Shown one piece after another: positions 29,195 through 38,512 of a DNA stretch of 64,000 nucleotides. This stretch comes from Alphaproteobacteria bacterium (GTDB lineage: Bacteria > Pseudomonadota > Alphaproteobacteria > Rs-D84 > SZUA-605), in contig JAVBPW010000004.1 in NCBI GenBank assembly GCA_031549385.1, forward strand, positions 28,184 through 92,183. Reading direction: 5' to 3'. How positions within the stretch are numbered: position 1 is the stretch's first letter; every line of letters begins with the position of its first letter. A program made the position numbers and the translations under genes. The notes under the pieces were generated by a model. That model was not told the origin of the DNA and searched no databases. It saw only the letters and a list, made by a program, of their open reading frames with translations.

Positions 29195-29223
29195 ATATGT
29201 TTGCAAGGATAATATAGTGATGA

Positions 29224-29535
29224 TTAATCACTTTCTCCATGCTCAATTAAAAAATTACATTCATCAATTAAAAATGATGTAATTTTACCTAAACTTTCTG
29301 TATTTATTCTGTAAGTTATTGTTTTACCGATTTTTTCAGAATTAACAAGTCCAGAATTTTCAAGTTCTTTTAAGTGGAAAGAGAGTGTTCCTGATGAAAT
29401 ATTAACTTTTTTAAGCAAATCAGAAGGTTTAAGCCCTTCGTCATTAGCTTTAATAAGTAAGCGAAAGATAATAAATCTTGTTTCTTGAGCAAGATTATTA
29501 AAAATCTTTATAAGACTGATATTGTTATTTTTCAT
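29224..29535 (-). CDS. ArsR/SmtB family transcriptional regulator
   Basis: LAQETRFIIFRLL, TLSFHLKELENSGLV, FLIDEC. Confidence 0.88.
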   Translation of the reverse strand: MKNNNISLIKIFNNLAQETRFIIFRLLIKANDEGLKPSDLLKKVNISSGTLSFHLKELENSGLVNSEKIGKTITYRINTESLGKITSFLIDECNFLIEHGESD

Positions 29536-29596
29536 CTCCCATTCCTTTTAATAATTTACTTATAAAGCAGAGTCGTGAAAAAGTCAAGTACTATTT

Positions 29597-29682
29597 TACA
29601 AATATATAATTTTATAATAAAATAATCATATAATAATATAATTTTAAATATATATAACTATACAAATATATAATTTTATAAT
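29597..29682. repeat. 22-bp direct repeat pair in an AT-rich intergenic region
   Basis: TACAAATATATAATTTTATAAT at 29597-29618 and 29661-29682. Confidence 0.7.
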
Positions 29683-30351
29683 TATAAAATATTCTCAATA
29701 ATAAGCATGTTAAGGCTTTTACATATTATATGTTGTTATAAATTAGCTCATCTTAATATAAATATAAAATATTTATTAATAATATATATTATCTTATAAA
29801 GAGTATATTCCTTAATTAATTGATAATTAGTCTGTTGTAACTATTAATCATAATTAAAATTAATTAATCTATAGAATATTAATATTAAGTATGATTGATA
29901 TATTAAATAATGTTTCAAATTATCATATAGTAAAATATTGTAAATATGGTTAATATCTGAATTAGATAAAAATTATGAATTTTTAATCAAAATTAAGTAA
30001 ATTTATAGTGTTATTTTTTCAAAAAAGTTGTCAAAATATGTATGAGGTATATTTTATATTTTATAATATTTTTGTCTATAATATTTCAAATATATTTTTT
30101 ATTTTTTCATATTTTAGTAATATAAAAATATTAATATAATCAATGAGATAAGATTTAATATTCAACTAATAAATAATCAAAAAAATGTTATTTTAGTAAA
30201 AATTGGACTGTTTTATAAATTCTAGTAATTTTCGAAAAGAGCTCAAATTTCATTAAATTTAGGTTCTTTTAATTAATAGGAAATTTTTCATCAAAATTGT
30301 TGAAACCCTAATCTGAATATGATATTATATAGAACAAGGGAAGGATATAAA

Positions 30352-33300
30352 TTGATTAAATTTAACAAAGTTTTATCTATTTTGTGTATAGGTGTGCTGT
30401 TTTGCGCATCAAATTCATTTGCTCAGATTGCAAGGACTGCGGGCACAACAACAGATTCTACAAGACAAATTTTAGTAGCCGCAAAGAATAGAGATTTAAA
30501 TACAGTAAAAAATCTAGTAAATTCAGGGGTTGATATAAATAAAAGGGATGCTCAAGGTAATACTATTTATTGTACAGCTCTTCGCCAAAATGATAATGAA
30601 ACCGCTTCTATATTAAAAAGCTTTGGTGGAACATCAAAGGGTTGTCCTGGTATAGATCCTACAAAAAAAGTCGCTGCAGCTACGGCAGCTGAATCTAAAT
30701 CTGGAATATTTGGTGGGATTCGCAATGGTACTGCTTTCTTGGTAGCGGGTGCTGCTGTAGGTGTAGGTGCAATGTTGTTTGCGGGTGGTGATGACAGTAA
30801 TAGTCCAGCAGGTGCTTCAAATGATGGTAATTCAGGTGGTGATGGTCCAATAGTAATTCCAGACAGACCTACAGGTGGTCAAACATTTTACGTTCCATTT
30901 GGGGCGAACGGTGCTTATACATTATATATGGAAAATGATAGAACAAGTGCAGTTCCTATTTATCAAACAAAAGAATATGACCGTATTACTTTAAATAAAT
31001 ACTCTGCTCAAAACTTTAATACTGATTTTGAGTACAAATATTATGTACTTGGCATAGCTTCATCACAAAAAGAAGTGATTCGTTCAGATTACTCTATGTA
31101 TGATATAATAGGTGTTAATGTTCTACGTGCTTTAGGATATAATGGTATAAAATATCAAAGAACTACAACAAAGCTGGTAGTAAATAATCCTATAAAGCCT
31201 TTAAATTCTGGTTCTGCTACTCAATATGTAAGACTTGCAATAATTTCGACAACTGGTGTGGATTTTCACAGCAAAGAATTCGATGTAGATACTCCAGGGG
31301 CTACAAAAACTGGATATATAGAAAATCATAATTATAATGAAAATGACACATCTAATACATATGATGGTATAGATAAAAAGAATGTGGTTGATGGTTTTGA
31401 TACAAAATGTTATGTGTCTTTTGGTGTGGGGTGTAATGTAAGTTCTTCAAAATATTTTGACTTTGAATCAAGTGTTACAGGTTATGCTGGTATTATAGCT
31501 GCTCCAACAAGATATTTTGGTTATGATGGTGATTCTGATAATTATCCAGCAGATCCAACAGATTCAGGAGGGGATGAAGGTATAATGGGTATTGCTCCAG
31601 AGACTGTTATTTCATCATTTCAATTAGCAACTACAAATGGAGTTGTAAGAAATCCTTATAAAACAATGTATAAAGCTATGACAGAGTACAATGAAGTTGA
31701 TCATAAGTCAGAGAAAAATGACATTATCTTATTTACCGATGTTTCATCAGCTGTTGGGGTTGTTACGTATTATGATCAACAAATTCCAATTAATCGTGCA
31801 AATTCAGAAGATTTATATGATGTTTTGAAAGCTACAAATAATAATTACACATTTGCACAAAATTATTTTATATCAAATGTAGCTAATTTATATGCAGATA
31901 CAAAAGATAATATTAAAGCAAGCATAACAGGTCTTTACGGCAATTTTTCAAGTATAGCTAAAAAAGATCGACCAGTATTTATTTTTGCTTCAGGTGATGA
32001 TAATTTAAGTAATATGACTAATATAGAATCTGCGGCTCCGTTGGTTTATCCGGATTTAATAGGAAATTTTATAAATGTAGTTGCAGTTGATGAATATGGA
32101 AAAAGATATGTTACTCAACATGGAAATTTGGTTAACAATAGTGATCTTTGGAATGAGGGTTCAAATGGTTGTGGTGCAACAATGAATTGGTGTTTATCTG
32201 CGCCTGGTAAGGATATTATAGCTCCCGCATCAGGAACAGGGGATTTAAAAACATATGCAACTATTTCTAACTTTATAAATAATTTTGCTGGCTATCAAAT
32301 AACAGGGGTAACAACAGGTCCTGCTGATCCAAATCCTGGTATAACAAATTATTATTATGATGTTGCTCAAGCTTCAAACGGTTTATTAAAAGTAAAAGAT
32401 TTAGGTTTATTAATAGGTCTGTATAATGCATTTATTTCAGCAAACCAAACCAGTCTAACTGATTCGGAACCATATGAAACAGACCCTTATACAAATTATA
32501 AATTTTTAAACAATCTTGGTGATGAGGTTTATAATTCAGCGATATTTGATCAAAATGGTGATTTGATTTATTTTAGAGATGATAAGAAAGCTTTAATAGA
32601 CCCATCTACAGGTAACTCAACATTTGATCCAAGTTTTAATATGATGATAGGTGTTTGGGATTATAGTACATCACAGTATTTACCTATGGGGGCGGGAGTA
32701 AAATATTATATTGAATATAATAATTTCAAAACTCCAGGATTTGGGGCAATAGAATCAAAATACTATTTTGAATTAAAAACAGAAACTGATCAATTTGGTG
32801 GTGTGATGCCTGCAGGAACTAAATATTTAGAATGGGTAAATGCTGGAGCTTCAGATGTAACAGGTCGTTGGAAAGATACATTTTCTTTGGCAAATGTAAA
32901 TGAATTTAATGGAAGTGAAAAGACATTGTATTGGGAATATAACGAAGCTTCAAGTTTATGGGTAATAGAAAACTATACAGGTATGGAATATACATACTAT
33001 CTTGATGGTTCAAGTAATCTAATATTTAAAGACAGTAGTAATTTGTTATATAAATTTGATGGAACAAACTGGGAATCAAGTAGTGATGGTGTAATATTTA
33101 ATGCTGTTGCTATGATGGCTCTTCCTCAAGAACAAACAGGTGATCCTTTATTAGATTTTTATTTAAAAATAAATTCAAGATTTGCAAAGTATGACACAGA
33201 TGGTTCTACAAGTGTAAGTCCTGGTATTGATTATCTTATATGGAATAAATCTTTAAGTGTTTATGATTTATATTCATTTGATGGTGCTCCAATTAATTTT

Positions 33301-35199
33301 GATTTCTTTGTAAAAGGTTCATCAAGTGCAGTATCTTCAAGTGATTTATTAATAGACTTAGAAGAAACTCATCTTGGTTTAACAGGTATAGTAAAAGATA
33401 TCAATGAAGATGGTTATTTAATCGGTGTAATGTATGACTTAGATCCAACAAGTGAAGGTTGGAAGCCTTGGCAGTATTGTGAAGTTGCTTCAGGGGCTTG
33501 TCAATGGCAAACTTGGACTTCTGTAAAAGATCTTTCAAATACTACTGATTTTGATGGAGATAATAGTAATACAGCTGGTTCAGGTGGTTCTGTAGTTCCA
33601 GATAATGATTTCTATATTGATTTTTATTTCATAGACACAAATGGAAATGGAATTTATGACCCAGAGGATTTATTATACATTCCTCAAAGTGGTTCAGCAG
33701 CTGCGGCAGCAGTGGTGGCAGGTGCAGTATCAGCATTACTTGGTGCTTATCAACATATGACTCCAGATCAAGTTGTATCATTACTGTTTTTAACATCTGA
33801 TGATTTAGGTGATACGGGTGTTGATGCAGTATATGGGCAAGGATTAATAAATTTAGCAAAAGCGACCCGTCCTTATGGAAGTATAGTTATTCCAACAGAT
33901 CCCAAAAATTTCAATTGGAATGCTGGTCATAATTCATATGCATATAATACAACAGCGGCTCAATCAACAGCTACATCAACTTCAAGAAGTGGAAGAGGTT
34001 TTGAACTTGAGCATACCTATGTAGCATTAAGTTCATCATTTGGAGACGCAGTTGCAAATTCAACTTTACAATTCATAGTTCTCGATGATTTTAACAGACA
34101 GTTTGAAATGAATTTCAATAGTTTGGTAGTGGCAAAACCAGTTGGAAGAGAAATTCATATAATGATGAATGAGTTTGGAAGAAGTGCAAGAGAAACTGTA
34201 AAAGTAACTGATGCAATGTCTATGTCTTTTGGAATTCAACATAATAAAGAGTATACTCCAAGAAAAGGTGAAGAAGATCCATTTATCTTTAATGAATTAA
34301 CATTTAACTTTGCAACAGAAGAGCAAAAGGTGACAGTATCATTAGGTCATAATCTAAACAAAGCTTTGCGTTTCGATCAATATGAAACTGTTCCAGAAAC
34401 TGCAATAGTAAGTAGTTCATTCTTAGGAAATCCGTATTTAGCATTAGCGGGACAAAATGCAATTGGGGCATCATATCAAACAAATATTTCAAATAATTGG
34501 TCATTAGGAATGACAAGTTTTTCAGGAAATATAGTAGCAAATGAAATAGTTGATTATTATAACATGCTTCCTGAAAGTGATAACAGGTTGGGTAGAATAA
34601 CATCATCATTTACTTCAGTGACTCGTGATTTCAATCGTAAAGGGAATGTTTCTTTCCATGCTGGAGTTGTGGTAGAAAATAAAACAATGTTAGGTGCTGG
34701 TTCATATGGAGCTTTGCAAATTGACCATGGAACAACAACAATGTTCTCAACAGTTGCTTCATCATTTAAATTATCTTCAAAAACTTCAATGTTTGGAAGT
34801 TATACAATAGGAACTTCTCAAGTATCAGCAGCAAGAGATTCTTTATTCAATGAATTTTCAAGTATACAAACAAGTTCATGGAATGTAGGTTTTGCTTATA
34901 AATTAGCTCCTCGTTCAACATTTGGTGCTGTATTTGCTCAACCATTAAGAGTTAATAGTGCTTCAGCATCTATGGATATACCAATTGCTCGTGATGCAGT
35001 AGAAGATATTTTATATATGAATAGTTATAAATTAAACTTAACTCCATCAGCAACAGAATATGATATGCAAATGTTTTATTCATGGCAAGCGGGTGATTTT
35101 GAAATGGATACAGGTTATATGTACCGTATAAACCCTGGACATTCATCAACTTTACCAGATGATCATACTATAATGATGAAATTTAAATATAAAATATAA
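30352..35199 (+). CDS. Large exported protein: ankyrin repeat + degenerate S8 subtilase with a large insertion + C-terminal autotransporter-like beta domain
   Basis: Likely TTG start at 30352 (SD GGAAGGA). Ankyrin AAKNRDLNTVKNLVNSGVDINKRD; S8 scaffold GIAPE, SNGCG...WCLSAPG, DDLGDTGVDAVYGQGLINL; FAQPLRV-type C-terminal beta region. Confidence 0.8.
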   Translation: MIKFNKVLSILCIGVLFCASNSFAQIARTAGTTTDSTRQILVAAKNRDLNTVKNLVNSGVDINKRDAQGNTIYCTALRQNDNETASILKSFGGTSKGCPGIDPTKKVAAATAAESKSGIFGGIRNGTAFLVAGAAVGVGAMLFAGGDDSNSPAGASNDGNSGGDGPIVIPDRPTGGQTFYVPFGANGAYTLYMENDRTSAVPIYQTKEYDRITLNKYSAQNFNTDFEYKYYVLGIASSQKEVIRSDYSMYDIIGVNVLRALGYNGIKYQRTTTKLVVNNPIKPLNSGSATQYVRLAIISTTGVDFHSKEFDVDTPGATKTGYIENHNYNENDTSNTYDGIDKKNVVDGFDTKCYVSFGVGCNVSSSKYFDFESSVTGYAGIIAAPTRYFGYDGDSDNYPADPTDSGGDEGIMGIAPETVISSFQLATTNGVVRNPYKTMYKAMTEYNEVDHKSEKNDIILFTDVSSAVGVVTYYDQQIPINRANSEDLYDVLKATNNNYTFAQNYFISNVANLYADTKDNIKASITGLYGNFSSIAKKDRPVFIFASGDDNLSNMTNIESAAPLVYPDLIGNFINVVAVDEYGKRYVTQHGNLVNNSDLWNEGSNGCGATMNWCLSAPGKDIIAPASGTGDLKTYATISNFINNFAGYQITGVTTGPADPNPGITNYYYDVAQASNGLLKVKDLGLLIGLYNAFISANQTSLTDSEPYETDPYTNYKFLNNLGDEVYNSAIFDQNGDLIYFRDDKKALIDPSTGNSTFDPSFNMMIGVWDYSTSQYLPMGAGVKYYIEYNNFKTPGFGAIESKYYFELKTETDQFGGVMPAGTKYLEWVNAGASDVTGRWKDTFSLANVNEFNGSEKTLYWEYNEASSLWVIENYTGMEYTYYLDGSSNLIFKDSSNLLYKFDGTNWESSSDGVIFNAVAMMALPQEQTGDPLLDFYLKINSRFAKYDTDGSTSVSPGIDYLIWNKSLSVYDLYSFDGAPINFDFFVKGSSSAVSSSDLLIDLEETHLGLTGIVKDINEDGYLIGVMYDLDPTSEGWKPWQYCEVASGACQWQTWTSVKDLSNTTDFDGDNSNTAGSGGSVVPDNDFYIDFYFIDTNGNGIYDPEDLLYIPQSGSAAAAAVVAGAVSALLGAYQHMTPDQVVSLLFLTSDDLGDTGVDAVYGQGLINLAKATRPYGSIVIPTDPKNFNWNAGHNSYAYNTTAAQSTATSTSRSGRGFELEHTYVALSSSFGDAVANSTLQFIVLDDFNRQFEMNFNSLVVAKPVGREIHIMMNEFGRSARETVKVTDAMSMSFGIQHNKEYTPRKGEEDPFIFNELTFNFATEEQKVTVSLGHNLNKALRFDQYETVPETAIVSSSFLGNPYLALAGQNAIGASYQTNISNNWSLGMTSFSGNIVANEIVDYYNMLPESDNRLGRITSSFTSVTRDFNRKGNVSFHAGVVVENKTMLGAGSYGALQIDHGTTTMFSTVASSFKLSSKTSMFGSYTIGTSQVSAARDSLFNEFSSIQTSSWNVGFAYKLAPRSTFGAVFAQPLRVNSASASMDIPIARDAVEDILYMNSYKLNLTPSATEYDMQMFYSWQAGDFEMDTGYMYRINPGHSSTLPDDHTIMMKFKYKI

Positions 35200-35258
35200 A
35201 AAAAAGCTTTTAAATATGTGTAATTTGTGATAAAATAACAAAAAGAAGGAAAAAGAGA

Positions 35259-36398
35259 ATGACAATAAATAAGGTTATTGCCAAAGTTTTGGGAAGGGGA
35301 ATTAATCCTCTTGCTTTTGCATTTATCATTTTCTCAGCAACTTCAGCGTTTTCACAACACTACCAACCATTAAATTACAGTAGTTCAACTACAGGATATG
35401 GTACAGGTACAAACAGGGTTTACCAAGTTCCAAATTATGGAAAACAATATCAATCAACCATGAAGAAGCAGTATCGCACATCTCAAGCTTACGACACATT
35501 AGCAGATACAGGTATGTATTTTGCAGCAGGGGTTGCAAAAGGACGTAATACTGGAAGTTCTATGAAATTGGTAAACTATGATACAACTATTGTAGGAAAT
35601 ACAGACGATAATAATTCATCAACTTCAAGAGACACAACATCAGTTGATGTAGCGGTAGGTTTAATGATAAGTTCAAATGTTCGTTTTGAATTAAATTATC
35701 TTCGTTACACTGGAATGAATTATGGTTCAAGTGCTGTATACAATGATGGTACAGGAACAGTTGAAATGCCAGTAGTTTCAGGTGGTGGTATAGATGCAGA
35801 TGTATTTATGTTCAATTTATATTACAATCTTGAAGAGATTTTTGGAAATTTCGCAGGTGGTAAAGTTATCCCATATTTCGGTGTTGGATTAGGATTCTCA
35901 TTTAATGATGTTCAAAACTACACAATCTCAGATACAACAGGTTTCCCTGATTACAATGATTGTTTTAATGATGTTATTGATCCAGTAACAGGACAATATT
36001 TAGCCGATGGTTTATGTTCATATTATTATGATGGGTTAATTACTCATGCTGGTTCAACAACAAAGAATTTAGCATACCGTATGGAAATAGGTGCTACATG
36101 GAAATTACAAAATCAAATGTTTTTTGACTTCTTCTTCAGATATTCATTCTTAGGAAAAGTGGAAACAAATGGAACAGTTGTTCAAGATTATTTAGTAGAA
36201 TATCCAGTAGTGGTAGATTATGGAACAGGGGATTATATTTGGGATGAATATGGTGATTATAATGGCCCAACAGACCCAGGAAGTGCAGTGGACCTTGCAA
36301 TCGAAGATGGTCAATCAACAACAACTTCGTTTAATGCAAAAGAAAGAGGAAATCTAACTGTAGGTGAAGTTGGAGTACGTTTCAGAATAATGTTTTAG
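35259..36398 (+). CDS. Outer-membrane beta-barrel (OmpA/Ail/Opa-like) with inserted loops
   Basis: Signal peptide, VRFELNY, MFNLYY, IPYFGVGLG, C-terminal VGVRFRIMF. Confidence 0.75.
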   Translation: MTINKVIAKVLGRGINPLAFAFIIFSATSAFSQHYQPLNYSSSTTGYGTGTNRVYQVPNYGKQYQSTMKKQYRTSQAYDTLADTGMYFAAGVAKGRNTGSSMKLVNYDTTIVGNTDDNNSSTSRDTTSVDVAVGLMISSNVRFELNYLRYTGMNYGSSAVYNDGTGTVEMPVVSGGGIDADVFMFNLYYNLEEIFGNFAGGKVIPYFGVGLGFSFNDVQNYTISDTTGFPDYNDCFNDVIDPVTGQYLADGLCSYYYDGLITHAGSTTKNLAYRMEIGATWKLQNQMFFDFFFRYSFLGKVETNGTVVQDYLVEYPVVVDYGTGDYIWDEYGDYNGPTDPGSAVDLAIEDGQSTTTSFNAKERGNLTVGEVGVRFRIMF

Positions 36399-36413
36399 GA
36401 AAGAAAGAGAGAT

Positions 36414-37835
36414 ATGAGAAGAATTAATTTAGTTTCATTATTATTAATAAGTATGTTTGCAACTTCTGCATATTCTCAACAATATCCAGTTTATTACAGT
36501 AATTATTTGGCACCTACAGCTCCAAATGCTACAATATATCAACAACAAGCAAATCAAACAAAGAATGCTTCAGTAAGTCCATATCAAAACCCATATTACA
36601 ATCCTAATATGGCCGCAGGTCAACAATATTATCAAGGTAATAGAAACTTACAAGTTAAAGAAGTAAAAAGCAAAAGTGTTGTAGAAGAAGATTACAAAAT
36701 CAGTGGTAAAAATGGATGGCAATTAGGTTTTTCTATTGGTCGTAAATTTACAGACTTTATCTTTGAATTAACTCCAGTGTTAGGCGAACCACAAGGTTCT
36801 ATCTTAGAATGGGATGATATGATATTTAATGAATATAACTTTAATGTTTCAAAAACTTTCAAAGTTTATGATATGCCATTATTTATTTATGGTGAATATA
36901 AATTTGCTAATCTAGCAAAATCAGGTTCATCAAGTGATGACGATTTACGTGTGGCTCCATATTATTGGATTTCAGTTGGTGGAATTGAAGCTGACACAAA
37001 TGGTTGGAAAATGGGTATAGGTTGGGATAAATGGTTCACATGGGTTGGATTTCAATTCTCACCAATTGTTGGATATACTCACCAGCAGCAAAATTTAACT
37101 ATGACAGATCAAAAGTATCCATACCCACAAGATGTAAATTTATATCTTGTAGATGGTACAGGTCAACAGCAAACAGTTTGGGAACTTGATGGGGATGGAA
37201 ATCCAATTCCTGCTTGTGTATTAAATTCTATGGTTGATCCAACTGCGAGTGGAAGAACATTTTATTTCGATTTTGATGGTGATGGTACATTAGAATCATT
37301 TACAAATCTTTCAGGTCATTCAGGTTATGCTTGGGATGTAAATTATGATCCTGACAGCTATGATCAAAGTGGAAACCCAGTTGATGGTTGTGTATATGGT
37401 GGGGATATAGGTTGGGATTTATCAGGTCCAACACAAGTTTATGATGTAACATGGCAGGGTATGTTTATAGGAATGATGGTTGACCGTTACATGTCAGCAA
37501 AAGATTCAATTCATTTCTATTTTGAATATTCTTTATTGGATTATAAAGGTCAAGCAACATGGCCATACCGTGTAGATTTACAACAGCCTGGATTTATTGA
37601 TGAAGGTAATGGCCAAGGTATTGTGTTAAATATGGCATACCGTCATAAAATAACAAAGACTGTAGATTTAGAAGTAAAAATAGAATATGAAAATTATTCA
37701 TTAGATAAAGCAGATACAACAATCTACTTAAACCCAACATATTTCACAAATACAGTTGAACATATAAATAATGCTATGAAAAGTTCTGTATGGAACTCAA
37801 TGGGATTATATCTAGGTTTAAAAGCGGTATTCTAG
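36414..37835 (+). CDS. Outer-membrane beta-barrel, omptin-fold/Pom-like, with inserted loop
   Basis: Signal peptide; SILEW, SDDDL and ATWPYRVD resemble omptin/Protochlamydia-OMP motifs; terminal Phe. Confidence 0.6.
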   Translation: MRRINLVSLLLISMFATSAYSQQYPVYYSNYLAPTAPNATIYQQQANQTKNASVSPYQNPYYNPNMAAGQQYYQGNRNLQVKEVKSKSVVEEDYKISGKNGWQLGFSIGRKFTDFIFELTPVLGEPQGSILEWDDMIFNEYNFNVSKTFKVYDMPLFIYGEYKFANLAKSGSSSDDDLRVAPYYWISVGGIEADTNGWKMGIGWDKWFTWVGFQFSPIVGYTHQQQNLTMTDQKYPYPQDVNLYLVDGTGQQQTVWELDGDGNPIPACVLNSMVDPTASGRTFYFDFDGDGTLESFTNLSGHSGYAWDVNYDPDSYDQSGNPVDGCVYGGDIGWDLSGPTQVYDVTWQGMFIGMMVDRYMSAKDSIHFYFEYSLLDYKGQATWPYRVDLQQPGFIDEGNGQGIVLNMAYRHKITKTVDLEVKIEYENYSLDKADTTIYLNPTYFTNTVEHINNAMKSSVWNSMGLYLGLKAVF

Positions 37836-38500
37836 TTCAAAAAAGCTAATAAATAAATAAGAACTCCAGCTCCACAAAAAGGTGCAAATGGAAGAAATTT
37901 CTTTTTTGAAACAAGTAACCAAACAATTCCAATAATACAAGCAGACATAACTGTATAAAAAAGCCCATTAGTTCCTAACCATGCTCCAATCCCAGCTAAA
38001 AATTTAACGTCTCCAGCTCCAACAGTTTGTTTTTTACCAAACATTTCAAAAATAACCCCAATAATTCCTGGTAAAAAATAACCAATCAAAGCAGCAATAG
38101 CACTATCATAAGGCATAGAAACAAAATAAGAATCTAAAATAGCTCCACAAAATCCAAATAAAATTAAAGGATATGTAATAAGATCAGGAATAATATTTTT
38201 CTTTAAATCTATAATGCAAGCAGTTGCAATAAGGAATAAAAATAAAAGAATAAATAACGAAGTGTAATTAAAGATTAAAAAATGTCTGAAATACATATAT
38301 TGAATAGCAACGGTAATAATAAACAATCCAACTCCTGTATAAAGAGCTTTTAAATTAAAGTATTCTTTTTTAAAACAGCCTTTAATTATTTTATAAAAAG
38401 ACTCGCTGTAATTTTTAGTCAAACTCATAGCAAAAGGGTATAAAAACACGCTACAGCTAAATAAAAGCCCATAAAATAATAAATTTAAAAATATAAACAT
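37832..38500 (-). CDS. Prepilin peptidase (A24), lacking the N-terminal Zn/methyltransferase domain
   Basis: IDLKKNIIPD, GAGDVK, GAWLG, LPFAPF; no CxxC pairs. Confidence 0.85.
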   Translation of the reverse strand: MFIFLNLLFYGLLFSCSVFLYPFAMSLTKNYSESFYKIIKGCFKKEYFNLKALYTGVGLFIITVAIQYMYFRHFLIFNYTSLFILLFLFLIATACIIDLKKNIIPDLITYPLILFGFCGAILDSYFVSMPYDSAIAALIGYFLPGIIGVIFEMFGKKQTVGAGDVKFLAGIGAWLGTNGLFYTVMSACIIGIVWLLVSKKKFLPFAPFCGAGVLIYLLAFLN

Positions 38501-38512
38501 AAATACCTCCCT

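Noticed and set aside
29224-29535. Arsenic resistance operon
   Set aside because: The ArsR gene stands alone, with no arsB/acr3/arsC nearby.
29536-30351. Replication origin
   Set aside because: No DnaA boxes or origin-associated genes were seen, and a dif site lies about 25 kb away.
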